A stretch of 64,000 nt of DNA from Dehalococcoidia bacterium (GCA_012959605.1 DUCU01000095.1:5718-69717), one strand, 5' to 3'. Shown: positions 46,258-56,305, numbered from the stretch's first letter. Numbers and translations: made by a program. The notes: a model not told the origin generated them from the letters alone.

Positions 46258-48192
46258 ATGCCCACCACCGCGCCTTACGGTTCTTGGAAATCGCCCATCA
46301 CCACCGACCTGATCGTCTCCGGAGCCATCGGTATGGGGCAGGTGGTTTTGGATGATGAGGATATCTACTGGTTGGAGATGCGCCCGTCTGAGGGGGGCCG
46401 CATGGTGATCGTTAAGCAGGCGCTTGAGTCGAAACCGGTGGATGTAACTCCGGAGCCGTTCAGCGTACGCACCAGGGTCCACGAGTACGGCGGCGCCGCA
46501 TATTTGGTCAATGATGGGGTGGTCTTTTTCTCGAATTTCTCAGACCAACGTATGTACCGCCAGGACCCTGGCGAAGAACCGAAACCGATTACCCCGGAAA
46601 CTGATATGCGTTACGCCGATGGCTGCTTCGATGCGACCCGCAACCGCATCATCTGCGTCCGCGAAGACCACGCCTCAGGCGGCGAGCCAGTGAACTTGAT
46701 CGTTTCCATTGACGCTGCGGGAGAGGCCGAACAGGAAGTTCTATTTCAGGGTTCTGACTTCTGCTCTAACCCCAGAATTAGCCCCGATGGCCGGACGCTG
46801 TGTTGGTTGACCTGGGACCATCCGAACATGCCCTGGGACGGCACCCAACTGTATTCTGGCCGCTTCAATGACAACGGAAAGCTCGGCGAGCCCCATCTGG
46901 TGGCCGGCAGCGCAACCGAATCCATCTTTCAGCCGGAATGGTCGCCGGATAACGTCCTTCATTTTGTGTCCGACCGCAACGGATGGTGGAACCTGTGGCG
47001 TTCAGAGAAGGGCCAGTTGTGGCCGTTGACCAGCCGCGAGGGTGAGTTTGGTAAACCCCAGTGGGTCTTCGGCTCTGGCACCTACTCGTTTGCCTCCGAC
47101 GAGCTTATTGCCTGCAGCTACACGGAGAATGACGCCTGGAAGATCGCCATGCTCCACATCCCGTCGAAGATGCTGCTGGCGATTGAGACTCCGTACTCGG
47201 AGATGGGCCGGGGCGATCTCAAGGTCGGCGACGGCAAGATCGTGTTCATTGGCGGCGCGCCGTCACTGCCAATGTCAGTTGTTCAAATCGACCTGGCATC
47301 CAGCAAATGGTGGGAACTTCGAAAATCCAATAATTTGGAGATTGACGACGGCTACCTATCAACGGCTCAGCCAGTGGAATTCCCAACTGAAAACGGTCAA
47401 ACAGCCCACGCCTTCTACTACCCACCTAAGAACGGTGATTTTGATGGGCCAGCCGGAGAGAAACCACCATTGCTGGTTAAGAGTCATGGCGGCCCCACCG
47501 GGTCGGCGTCAACGGCACTGGACCTTGGTATTCAATTCTGGACCAGCCGCGGCATTGGCGTCCTTGATGTGAATTACGGAGGCAGCACCGGTTATGGCAG
47601 GGAGTACCGAGAGCGGCTGAACGGTGCCTGGGGGATCGTAGACGTTGACGACTGCTGTAACGCTGCCCTACATATCGTTGCCCAGGGAAACGCCGATCCA
47701 GATCGCTTGGCAATCGATGGTGGCAGCGCCGGAGGCTACACCACTTTGGCGGCGCTGACCTTTAAAGAGGTCTTCAAGGCCGGAGCCAGTCACTATGGGG
47801 TTAGCGACCTGGAAGCGTTGGCCAAAGAGACCCACAAATTTGAGTCACGCTATCTGGACGGCTTGGTAGCGCCCTATCCGGAGGGCAATGAACTGTACCA
47901 AGAGCGGTCGCCCATCAACCACACTGAAAAACTGTCATGTCCGTTGATATTGTTCCAGGGACTTGAGGACCAGATAGTTCCGCCGAACCAGGCTGAGATG
48001 ATGTTTGGCGCCGTTCGTGCCAAGGGCATCCCCACTGCCTATATTCCCTTTGAAGGAGAACAGCACGGGTTCCGGCGCTCGGAGAATATCAAAAGGGCGC
48101 TGGAGGCTGAGCTGTATTTCTATTCCAAGGTCTTTGGCTTCGATTTGGCCGACCAAATTGAGCCGATGGAGATTTTCAACCTACCTGATTAA
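46258..48192 (+). CDS. S9-family serine peptidase (prolyl oligopeptidase / acylaminoacyl peptidase type)
   Basis: 644 aa. Beta-propeller N-half. Catalytic GGSAGGYT, with Asp and His regions (GLEDQIVP, GEQHGF). Confidence 0.9.
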   Translation: MPTTAPYGSWKSPITTDLIVSGAIGMGQVVLDDEDIYWLEMRPSEGGRMVIVKQALESKPVDVTPEPFSVRTRVHEYGGAAYLVNDGVVFFSNFSDQRMYRQDPGEEPKPITPETDMRYADGCFDATRNRIICVREDHASGGEPVNLIVSIDAAGEAEQEVLFQGSDFCSNPRISPDGRTLCWLTWDHPNMPWDGTQLYSGRFNDNGKLGEPHLVAGSATESIFQPEWSPDNVLHFVSDRNGWWNLWRSEKGQLWPLTSREGEFGKPQWVFGSGTYSFASDELIACSYTENDAWKIAMLHIPSKMLLAIETPYSEMGRGDLKVGDGKIVFIGGAPSLPMSVVQIDLASSKWWELRKSNNLEIDDGYLSTAQPVEFPTENGQTAHAFYYPPKNGDFDGPAGEKPPLLVKSHGGPTGSASTALDLGIQFWTSRGIGVLDVNYGGSTGYGREYRERLNGAWGIVDVDDCCNAALHIVAQGNADPDRLAIDGGSAGGYTTLAALTFKEVFKAGASHYGVSDLEALAKETHKFESRYLDGLVAPYPEGNELYQERSPINHTEKLSCPLILFQGLEDQIVPPNQAEMMFGAVRAKGIPTAYIPFEGEQHGFRRSENIKRALEAELYFYSKVFGFDLADQIEPMEIFNLPD

Positions 48193-48346
48193 TTGGTCTT
48201 GAGTGGTTGCGGGGTTGATACCTAAAACAACCAGTGAGCATCATAGTTCTAGAGCGGCGCCAACAACACACTTCAGAAGTGGATTGGCTTAGATCTTATC
48301 CGTCGGCAGCATCAGCGTAGGCGGGTAAAACGAACTTATGTGAGGG

Positions 48347-48799
48347 CTAATTGGCTGAGTCGGCTTGGTGGTCTCGGCGGTTGGCGCAGTTGGGGCACCA
48401 GCCGTAGAAGTCTACGCGTTGGCCGGTGAATGTAAAGTCGGATGAACCTTCCAGCTTTTCCCGCAACTCAGCCACCATCTCTTGGCCTACGTCAGCGTCA
48501 TGCACGCTGCCGCAACCGACGCAGACCAGGTTGGCGTGCGGCGAGAGATTGGCGTCGTACCGAGACTGCTTTTGAAAAGGCAGTTCGCGGACGATCCCAA
48601 CCTGCTCCAACACGGTCAACGTGGAGTAGACCGTGGCCAAGGTCACGTAGGGGAAGAATTCCTTTACGCGGCTGGATATCTCTTTTACCGATGGGTGATC
48701 GCCAGAGTTCACCACCACTTCTGCGATGGCCAATCTCTGTGGTGTGAGGCGTATGCCCAATGTCTTAAGTTGGGCGCCTAATTCATCCTGCGTTGTCAA
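48347..48799 (-). CDS. Fur-family transcriptional regulator (Fur/Zur/PerR type; subtype undetermined)
   Basis: 150 aa. GIRLTPQRLAI..V winged helix, two CxxC pairs (CVGCG ... CPNC). TTG start. Confidence 0.85.
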   Translation of the reverse strand: MTTQDELGAQLKTLGIRLTPQRLAIAEVVVNSGDHPSVKEISSRVKEFFPYVTLATVYSTLTVLEQVGIVRELPFQKQSRYDANLSPHANLVCVGCGSVHDADVGQEMVAELREKLEGSSDFTFTGQRVDFYGWCPNCANRRDHQADSAN

Positions 48800-48811
48800 A
48801 ACGATGCTGCC

Positions 48812-48826
48812 TATTAATGATTGGAG
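48812..48826. promoter_or_regulatory. Fur-box-like element just upstream of the fur-family gene
   Basis: TATTAATGATTGGAG shares the TAATGATT core with the sites at 52660-52674 and 41297-41311. Confidence 0.3.
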
Positions 48827-48889
48827 AGAGGGGGACTACTCGCCCCCCTTTAAAAGCTGATAACTGAGAGCTTATGGCTGCCAGCTGTT

Positions 48890-49918
48890 TTACAGGCGGC
48901 CGCCGCCCTGGAACATGGGCTCTTGTCGGCGGTAGACCTGGATGCGGTTGCGGCAAGACTCCACCACAAACACGCGGTCCTCGTCGTCGACGGTTACGGC
49001 TACCGGACCCCAGAAGTCTTTCTCGCGTTCCAGACCCTGGGCAATCTCCCGTAGCTCCCACATCTCTGCGTTGCCGTCCAGTTTGTCCTTGCCCCACTTG
49101 GACATTGTGCCGTCACCGGTGGTCAGGGTTACAAACTTGCCTGCCGGATCATACATCTGCATGCGTTCGTTGCCCCAGTCGGCCACGTAAATCATGCCGG
49201 TGCGGTCTACAGCCACGCCGGTGGGGCGGTTCAGCTCGCCCGGCTCACTACCGGAAGTGCCAAAGGCCACCAGGAACTTGCCGTCCTTGGTGAACTTCTG
49301 AATCCGGTCGTTGCGCCAGTCGGCCACGTAGATGTTGCCTTCTTTATCTAAATCGATGCCCCAAGGCAGGTTGAACTCGCCATCACCGGAGCCCTGAGAG
49401 CCAAACACGGAGATGAACTTGCCATCCTTGGTGAACTTTTGAATCCGGTTGTTCTGGCTGTCGACCATGATCAGGTTGTCGTCGGCGTCAAAGACCATGC
49501 CGGACGGCTTGCTGATTTCGCCGTCGCCGCTGCCTTCAGTGCCCCACTTGCCAATCCACTCTCCGTCCTTGGAGAAGATGGAGATCCGGTTTAGCCATTC
49601 ATCGGCGACATAGACATTGCCTTCTTTGTCCAGGGCAACGCTGGTGGGCCAAATGAGCGAGCCATCCTCGGTGACGATGTCGGTGATTCCGGCGGTATTG
49701 ACGCCCCGGGCAAACTCGCCGATGTATTCTTCGTCAACGGTGCAGATGGTGACGCGTTTGCCGTCGGGCCGGTACTCATAGGCCCGGTTGAGCACGTACA
49801 TCAGGCCTTCTGCGCCACGTGCCAGCGCCACTGGATTGCGGAATCCGGGGCCGGCGAATTCGCCGCGCCCGATGCTATGACTGTATTGAAGGGATACTCC
49901 CAGCACTTCAGTAGTCAT
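48890..49918 (-). CDS. NHL-repeat six-bladed beta-propeller protein
   Basis: 342 aa. Repeated ...G.G.GEF..P.G...D..GNIYVAD..N.RIQKF..DGKF... units. Confidence 0.85.
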   Translation of the reverse strand: MTTEVLGVSLQYSHSIGRGEFAGPGFRNPVALARGAEGLMYVLNRAYEYRPDGKRVTICTVDEEYIGEFARGVNTAGITDIVTEDGSLIWPTSVALDKEGNVYVADEWLNRISIFSKDGEWIGKWGTEGSGDGEISKPSGMVFDADDNLIMVDSQNNRIQKFTKDGKFISVFGSQGSGDGEFNLPWGIDLDKEGNIYVADWRNDRIQKFTKDGKFLVAFGTSGSEPGELNRPTGVAVDRTGMIYVADWGNERMQMYDPAGKFVTLTTGDGTMSKWGKDKLDGNAEMWELREIAQGLEREKDFWGPVAVTVDDEDRVFVVESCRNRIQVYRRQEPMFQGGGRL

Positions 49919-49974
49919 TGTTACCTCTTATTAATCTTCAGTTGATTTCTGCTCAGGTTGGTTTTCGGGGCTGT

Positions 49975-51105
49975 CTAAATAAAGTCCATCTTTTCGAAAT
50001 TCCCACCAACGATTGTCTTGGCATCGATGCCAATCCAGTTCTCGAGCAGCGTGGAATATAGACCACGGAAGTCGTTGTTGAAGTGCAGATCGCCCTCAAG
50101 CAACTTGCTCTCATCCAGTGAAGGGTACTCACCATAGAGCCCACCCTTGACGTTGTTCCCGATTACAAACGCGACTCCGCCAGAGCCGTGATCCGTGCCG
50201 GAGCCATTGTCATGGACTCGGCGGCCAAACTCGGTGAAGACCAACAAGGTCATGTTGTCGGCGGCGTCGTTCTCTTCAAGGTCAGACTGGAAATCTCGCA
50301 CTGCTGCGGAGACCTCAGACCAGAGGCTGGAATGACCAACCATCTGGCCAGCGTGGGTGTCAAAGCTGTTATAGGGAGCGGTGGTATAGAGGAACCGAGT
50401 GCCAAACCCGGCGATGTGGGTCTGGGCGATATTCCTCATGTATTGGGCCACCGAGTTGCCGCCGTATTCCACGGTGGAGGAATACTTCTCCGGCGCGGTG
50501 CTGAGGATATCAGCGCCCTTCAAGGCGTCCATGCCGGTGTGGGAAAGATAGTCCATCACCTGGCCCCGACCCATTGCCGGGGAATACATGCGAGAGAAAA
50601 TGTCTAAAGCTTCTTCCCGCTGGTCGTCCTCAATGCCGGTCAGCACGCCGTAGGTCTCGAGGTTGCCCACAGAGGCTACGGGTACGCCGGGTGCGGCTAG
50701 GGAGCGTGGAAGACCCCGTCCAAAGTTCACTCCGGTCAGTACGTTTTCACCGGTGGGGTCAAGGTCGCGGATGGCTCGGCCCAGCCAGCCCTCGTTGCCC
50801 ACGGTTTCCGGTTCACAGGTGTGCCAGATGTCCATGGAGCGGAAGTGCGAACGGTTGGGATTGGGGTAGCCAACGCCTTGGATGATGGCTACTTTGCCCT
50901 GGTCATAGAGCTCTTTGATCGGAGCCATTGCCGGGTTGAAGGCAATCTGGTCGTTGATCGGCAGAACCTGGTCTTCAGACACGCGGACTGAAGGCCGGTT
51001 GTCGGCGTACAGAGGGTTGGAATAGGGAATTATGGTGTTCAAAGCGTCGTTGCCGCCAGAAAGTTGCAAAACGGCCAAGACTGGATCTTTCTTGGTTGAG
51101 GTCAT
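49975..51105 (-). CDS. DUF1501-domain protein (sulfatase/alkaline-phosphatase-like fold)
   Basis: 376 aa. LSGGNDALNT..P, NPNRSHF.SMDIW, FTEFGRR...NGSGTDHG patterns. Confidence 0.75.
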   Translation of the reverse strand: MTSTKKDPVLAVLQLSGGNDALNTIIPYSNPLYADNRPSVRVSEDQVLPINDQIAFNPAMAPIKELYDQGKVAIIQGVGYPNPNRSHFRSMDIWHTCEPETVGNEGWLGRAIRDLDPTGENVLTGVNFGRGLPRSLAAPGVPVASVGNLETYGVLTGIEDDQREEALDIFSRMYSPAMGRGQVMDYLSHTGMDALKGADILSTAPEKYSSTVEYGGNSVAQYMRNIAQTHIAGFGTRFLYTTAPYNSFDTHAGQMVGHSSLWSEVSAAVRDFQSDLEENDAADNMTLLVFTEFGRRVHDNGSGTDHGSGGVAFVIGNNVKGGLYGEYPSLDESKLLEGDLHFNNDFRGLYSTLLENWIGIDAKTIVGGNFEKMDFI

Positions 51106-51159
51106 ATCTCGAGTACTCCTGGAAAAAATTTCGGAGATTTTCTGAGTGATTAGGTTCGC

Positions 51160-52563
51160 CTAGGCGAACTGGTATTCCTGGGTAGCTACGATTAGCTGGA
51201 GGGTCTGGGCAACCTGGGCGCCGTAGACTTCTGTTCCAGGGTTAAGATCACCAGACTTCCCAATGTGCTCCACCAGGTAGGCGCGAGTCTCGTCGGGCAG
51301 TGAGTAGCAGCCGAGCATGTCCAGACAGCGTCCTACTAGTGTGGCGGGATCGCTAATATTCTCGGAACTGAGGCGTGCAATGATGGCCTGCACTCCGGGT
51401 AGGTCGGTGTTGCCCATTTGGTCGGCGGTGAAGTTGATACGCTCGACCAAGGTTCCGCTGTCGATCCACTCTTGGCCTGTGTGCCAACCCTCGACTGTGG
51501 GCGGGTTCATCAGGTCCTGGCCCATGTAGCGAATTTCCATGGCGATGGGGTGCAGGCCCGGCTTGGGACTGGTGAAGTCCTGGACCAGCCGCATGGTCCC
51601 GGCAACGGTCTCAGCGGGGCTCTTGACCTTCTCGAAACGAGCAGCCTTGAACCAGTCAGACTTGAACATCACCCGCAGCATGGCAGTGAGGTTGTAACCC
51701 GACTCGAAATAAGCGTCTTCCATCTCTTTGATGGCGTCGATGTCGCGAGGCGGTGTTCCCTGCCAGGCGGGAATCTGAGGTTCGTCGGCCACAAAGAAGT
51801 TGTAGAGATGGCGGGCAATGAAACGGGCCGCAGAGGGCTGCTTCACGATGATTTCAATGATGTCGTCGCCGTTGAAATTGCCCGTCTCACCCTGGAAAGT
51901 CTTCTCGCCGTAGTCGTGGTCGGCGGCGTTGAAAGCGAACATAGAAGGAAAGCGACCGTAGGGGTAACGGGGGATGGCGTTGGCAATGGTCCAGCCGGTG
52001 AAGGCCCGGGCGCATTCCTTGACGTCTTCCTCGGAGTAGTTAGCCTCGCCGTCCATGCCGACGCCCATGGCGAACAGCTCTAGGAGTTCACGGCCAAAGT
52101 TCTCGTTGATCGCGTCCTTGTGGCTCATGCAGTTGTCCAGGTAGAAGACCATGGCGGGGTCAACTGAGAGGGCCAGCAGCAACTCGGGGAAGCTGCCCAT
52201 GCCCTTTTCGCGGAACATGTTCAGTTGGGTCTGAATCTGGGCTCCGTGCTCGCACTTGGAGTTACCAACGCAGAAGATACCGTGCCAGAAGAGAGTCATC
52301 TTCTCTTGAAGAGGACGCTTAGTGTTGATCATCCGGTAGGTGAGATAAGCCTGGTTTACTTCCAGGGCGTTCATCTCTTTCCAGTCGATGAAATAGCGTT
52401 CCAGCAAGTCCACTTCAAGGTCAGGTTGTTCCATGGGGCTGAGCAATTCGTCCACCGTGGCGTCATAGCCATTGGCAGCGAATTGTTCCAACTCCTCGTA
52501 GGTTGCGCCAAATCCGGCTCGTCGCATCAGGTGAGCCATAAGCTCGATATCGGCACTGGCCAT
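51160..52563 (-). CDS. DUF1800-domain protein
   Basis: 467 aa. HLMRRAGFGAT.EEL N-terminus, ...LFWHGIF.., NENFGRELLELF.MG. Confidence 0.75.
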   Translation of the reverse strand: MASADIELMAHLMRRAGFGATYEELEQFAANGYDATVDELLSPMEQPDLEVDLLERYFIDWKEMNALEVNQAYLTYRMINTKRPLQEKMTLFWHGIFCVGNSKCEHGAQIQTQLNMFREKGMGSFPELLLALSVDPAMVFYLDNCMSHKDAINENFGRELLELFAMGVGMDGEANYSEEDVKECARAFTGWTIANAIPRYPYGRFPSMFAFNAADHDYGEKTFQGETGNFNGDDIIEIIVKQPSAARFIARHLYNFFVADEPQIPAWQGTPPRDIDAIKEMEDAYFESGYNLTAMLRVMFKSDWFKAARFEKVKSPAETVAGTMRLVQDFTSPKPGLHPIAMEIRYMGQDLMNPPTVEGWHTGQEWIDSGTLVERINFTADQMGNTDLPGVQAIIARLSSENISDPATLVGRCLDMLGCYSLPDETRAYLVEHIGKSGDLNPGTEVYGAQVAQTLQLIVATQEYQFA

Positions 52564-52658
52564 CGGTAACTCTCCTTTCGGGTAAAATCGCTAATCCAGA
52601 GAAACAGATCAGTTTGTGGTCGCCCATTAAGTATGCACTGATAACAACTGGCTGTTAC

Positions 52659-52688
52659 ATTGTAATGATTCCAATATAATATTGTCTA
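52659..52688 (-). promoter_or_regulatory. Candidate promoter of the DUF1800 operon, overlapped by a 7-1-7 inverted repeat
   Basis: Minus strand reads TAGACA-18 nt-TACAAT. The box TTGTAAT-G-ATTCCAA (52660-52674, 6 of 7 symmetric) covers the spacer and the -10. Confidence 0.45.
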
Positions 52689-52807
52689 TATGTTAGCCGT
52701 TTGGTTTCATCAACCAACCCAGACCAAACCAGCCAACTCAATAAAAGCTAACTGTTGTTAGTGGGGCTCTGTTGGCCGCCAGACCGGCGGCGATGCTGTC
52801 TGAGGGT

Positions 52808-53185
52808 TCAATCGTCCATGATTACCGGAATACCGGCAGCCTCTGCTTTGGCCGCATACTCCGGATTGACCACGCCATCCTGCATCCAGATGTATTTCAC
52901 GCCGATCTCAATTGCCTCGTCCACCACCGGCGCCACCAGCTCGGAGCGCCGGAAGATGTTGACCATGTCTATAGCATCCGGGACAGATTTTAGGTCTGGG
53001 TAGCTCTTTTCACCCAGGGCTTCTTCAATCATTGGGTTAACCGGAATGATCCGGTAGCCGTGTTCCTGCATGTACCGGGAAACCCTATAGCTGATTCGGT
53101 CCGGGTTTCCGGAGAGGCCAACCACCGCAATGGTCTTGCTGTTTTGTAGTTGCTCGTCAACGAGGTCCATAGTTCCTCCCGCCAT
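52808..53185 (-). CDS. CoA-binding domain protein (YccU-like)
   Basis: 125 aa. IAVVGLSGNPDR.SY.V..Y....GY.IIPVNP. Confidence 0.85.
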   Translation of the reverse strand: MAGGTMDLVDEQLQNSKTIAVVGLSGNPDRISYRVSRYMQEHGYRIIPVNPMIEEALGEKSYPDLKSVPDAIDMVNIFRRSELVAPVVDEAIEIGVKYIWMQDGVVNPEYAAKAEAAGIPVIMDD

Positions 53186-53217
53186 TGGTTCTAGCTATTA
53201 CTAATATTTACCAAGGT

Positions 53218-54159
53218 TTACCATGACTTAGTGGATATGTATTTCAAAGCTGCGATGGCGGCAGTTGCGCCGTCACCTGCTGCGGATACCAACTGAGACG
53301 ATGAATTCTGGCGCACGTCGCCAATGGCGTAGACGCCGGGAACCTCAGTCTCCATGGATACGTTCACTGGAATATGACCGGCGTTGTCGGTCTTCAACAG
53401 GCCGTCGACAAACCCTGCAGCAGGGTCCAACCCGACGTATACGAACAACCCGGAGAGTTCCAAGGTATTCTCCAAGTTGGTCACGGTGTTACGTATTTTT
53501 AGGCCGGAGACCGTCTCAGTCCCCATTACTTCTTCGATAACGGTGTTCCAAAGCACTTCGATCTTGGGGTTGGCGGTGACTTGGTCCGCCAAGACCTTCT
53601 GTGCGCGGAACGAGTCGCGACGGTGAATCAGCAAGACCTTTTCGCAGTACTCGGTCAGCACCAGAGCTTCGTCGGTGGCAGAGTCTCCGCCACCGACCAC
53701 GGCAACGATCTGGTTCATATATAGAGGGCCGTCGCAGGTGGCACACTGGGAAACGCCCCGGCCAAAGAATTCTTCTTCTCCAGGTACGCCCAATTGCCGC
53801 AATGTGGAACCAGCGGCGATGATCACGGCCTTCGCCCGCATCTCACCGGCGTCGCTGGACACCACCCGATAGTCGCCGTCCTTGGCGATTTTGGCAGTCT
53901 CACCCATGATGAAATCGGCCCCGGCGTTCATCGCCTGTTCTTGGACTGCCGGCCCAAGCTCTGCGCCAGAGATACCCTCCGGAAAGCCGGGGAAGTTTTC
54001 GATCTTCTCGATGTTGATAATCGACGCACCGCCCATCATCCGTTCAACGATTCCGGTGCGCATGCCGTGGCGGGCGGCGTACATACCGGCGGTCATGCCA
54101 GCCACGCCTCCGCCAATGATTAACACGTCATAGTTATCTGCCAAAAGGGTCACCTCCAA
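53218..54159 (-). CDS. trxB: Thioredoxin-disulfide reductase
   Basis: GGGVAGMTAG FAD motif, redox CATCDG, GGGDSA NADPH motif. Confidence 0.9.
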   Translation of the reverse strand: MEVTLLADNYDVLIIGGGVAGMTAGMYAARHGMRTGIVERMMGGASIINIEKIENFPGFPEGISGAELGPAVQEQAMNAGADFIMGETAKIAKDGDYRVVSSDAGEMRAKAVIIAAGSTLRQLGVPGEEEFFGRGVSQCATCDGPLYMNQIVAVVGGGDSATDEALVLTEYCEKVLLIHRRDSFRAQKVLADQVTANPKIEVLWNTVIEEVMGTETVSGLKIRNTVTNLENTLELSGLFVYVGLDPAAGFVDGLLKTDNAGHIPVNVSMETEVPGVYAIGDVRQNSSSQLVSAAGDGATAAIAALKYISTKSW

Positions 54160-54446
54160 GGTGAAACGTCGGTTTATTTCTTACGGGTATTTTTTAGTGG
54201 CCAAGCGGCCAATTAATCGACAAAAATACCAAGACTCGATTACTGAGAATAGTCGTGAAATAGGCGTGCGGAAGAACGGCTGAGTTCGTTGGCCTCACTA
54301 TAGGATGACGCCTATTTTGTGTCAACATAATCTAGGCGCGGATGTCAGCCAGGTTGCGGCAATAAGTGTGCACCCATAGAATTGAACAGCCCTGCCTCCT
54401 AACTACGGGCCATTGGAAAGATTAATTACTAATTGGGAGCCAATAC

Positions 54447-56294
54447 ATGCCCGGCGACAACCAATTTGCAGTCCAACCAGCCCTTAATGAGGTCCACATG
54501 GAAACCAACGTCATGGTCGCCATGCGTGACGGAGTGCGTCTGGCCTCCGACATCTACAGGCCAGCGAAGAACGGATCTCCCACAGATGGTGTCTTCCCTG
54601 TGTTGCTATCGAGCACGCCCTACAGCAAAACCAGGGCTGACCTGGCTCGCGACGCCAGTTTCTACGCGGCCCAAGGCTACGTCTCAGTGCTGCAGGACTG
54701 CCGGGGCCGCTACGAGTCTGACGGTGGCTTCACAAAGTATGTGGCTGAGGGCGAAGACGGCTTCGATACTATGGCTTGGCTCAGTAAACAGCCTTGGTTT
54801 GGCGGAAAGATCGGCACTTACGGTCTCTCATACTCGGCCCACACCCAGGCTGCTGCTGCCTGTCTCAACCCGCCGAATCTGGCCTGCATGTGGATGGACT
54901 CGGGCGGGTTTTCCAACGCTTTCCTCAACGCCTGTCGTAACGGCGGCGCATTTGAACTTCGCCAACTGACCTGGGCTTATAAAGAAGCGGTGGAAAGTCC
55001 TGAGGCTAATGCCAACCCGGACACAGTGAAGGCTGCTATTGAGGCGCAGGATATCTTTGGCTGGTTCAACCGGCTGCCCTGGAAGAAGGGCCACTCTCCT
55101 CTGCAGTGGACGCCCGACTACGAGGATTACCTGCTGGATATCTGGTCTAGAGAGTGTTTTGACGACTACTGGCGGCAGATTGGCCTCTGCGCCGAGGAAT
55201 ATTACGATGTGTTCTCGGACGTTCCTCAGGTGCACATGAGCGCCTGGTACGACCCATATTCCAGGACTGCCACGGACAACTACTTGGCGTTGGCCAACGT
55301 TAAAAAGGGGCCAGTTAGTCTGCTGATGGGACCCTGGACGCACGGTCAACGTGCGGTTACATACTCGGGCGATGTGGACTTTGGCCCGTCGTCAGTTATC
55401 GATAACAACTTGGAGATTGATTTCAATCACCTGCGAATGCGGTTTTTCGATCGGTGGCTCAAAGGTCAGGAGAATGGTTGGGAAGACGCTGCGCCGGTGA
55501 AGTTGTTTGTGATGGGCGGCGGCTCAGGGCGAAAGAATTCGGTTGCTCGATTGGAGCACGGCGGTCAGTGGCGGAGCGAGAACGAATGGCCCCTGGCCCG
55601 CGCCGATAATAGGAAGTTCTATTTGAAGCCTGGCGGAAGTCTTGCGCCGAAACTTTCTGAACAGACCCATCCACCAAGCAGTTATCTGTTCGACCCCAAC
55701 AATCCAGTGCCCACAGTCGGCGGGAATATCTCTTCAGGGCAGCCGGTGATGGCTGCCGGTGGTTTTAATCAGACCGAGTCAGAAGAGTTTTTCGGCTCTA
55801 AAAAGCCGTATTTGCCGTTGGCCTCCCGCCCCGACGTATTGGTATTCCAGACAATTCCATTGGCTAATGACGTGGAGGTTACGGGGCCGGTGTCGGTCCA
55901 ACTCTGGATTTCTTCCAGCGCAGTGGACACCGACTTCACAGCCAAACTAATCGATGTCTACCCACCGTCAGTTGACTACCCGGAGGGTTACGCCCTGAAC
56001 CTGACCGACGGCATCCTGCGCGTAAAATTCAGAAGCTCTTGGGAGCGGACAGAACTGATGAAACCAGGGGAGATCTACCAGGTGGAAATAAATTTGCTGC
56101 CCGTGTCGAATCTGTTCGCCAAAGGCCACAGAATCAGGTTGGACGTATCTTCCAGTAACTTCCCAAGATTCGATGTGAACGGCAATACCGGAGAGAATCC
56201 TGGAACATCGTCGGTGAGGGTCACGGCGCTAAATAGCGTCTTCCACGACCGAGACAGGCCATCCCACGTAGCGCTGCCAGTGATTCCCGAGTGA
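54447..56294 (+). CDS. CocE/NonD-family hydrolase (S15 X-Pro dipeptidyl-peptidase-like)
   Basis: 615 aa. V.MRDGVRLA.DIYRP, GTYGLSYSA nucleophile elbow, C-terminal jelly-roll domain. The start could be the ATG at 54498. Confidence 0.85.
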   Translation: MPGDNQFAVQPALNEVHMETNVMVAMRDGVRLASDIYRPAKNGSPTDGVFPVLLSSTPYSKTRADLARDASFYAAQGYVSVLQDCRGRYESDGGFTKYVAEGEDGFDTMAWLSKQPWFGGKIGTYGLSYSAHTQAAAACLNPPNLACMWMDSGGFSNAFLNACRNGGAFELRQLTWAYKEAVESPEANANPDTVKAAIEAQDIFGWFNRLPWKKGHSPLQWTPDYEDYLLDIWSRECFDDYWRQIGLCAEEYYDVFSDVPQVHMSAWYDPYSRTATDNYLALANVKKGPVSLLMGPWTHGQRAVTYSGDVDFGPSSVIDNNLEIDFNHLRMRFFDRWLKGQENGWEDAAPVKLFVMGGGSGRKNSVARLEHGGQWRSENEWPLARADNRKFYLKPGGSLAPKLSEQTHPPSSYLFDPNNPVPTVGGNISSGQPVMAAGGFNQTESEEFFGSKKPYLPLASRPDVLVFQTIPLANDVEVTGPVSVQLWISSSAVDTDFTAKLIDVYPPSVDYPEGYALNLTDGILRVKFRSSWERTELMKPGEIYQVEINLLPVSNLFAKGHRIRLDVSSSNFPRFDVNGNTGENPGTSSVRVTALNSVFHDRDRPSHVALPVIPE

Positions 56295-56305
56295 TCCAGC
56301 GGATC

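Noticed and set aside
49270-49460. Near-identical ~35-nt segments (CTTGCC.TCCTTGGTGAACTT.TGAATCCGGT.GTT) about 145 nt apart
   Set aside because: They correspond to successive NHL blades (DGKF..FTKDGK) of the propeller gene. This is intragenic domain repetition, not a mobile or regulatory repeat.
51418-52083. 221-aa plus-strand ORF
   Set aside because: It is antisense to the DUF1800 gene and shows no motifs. The minus-strand frame carries the family signature.
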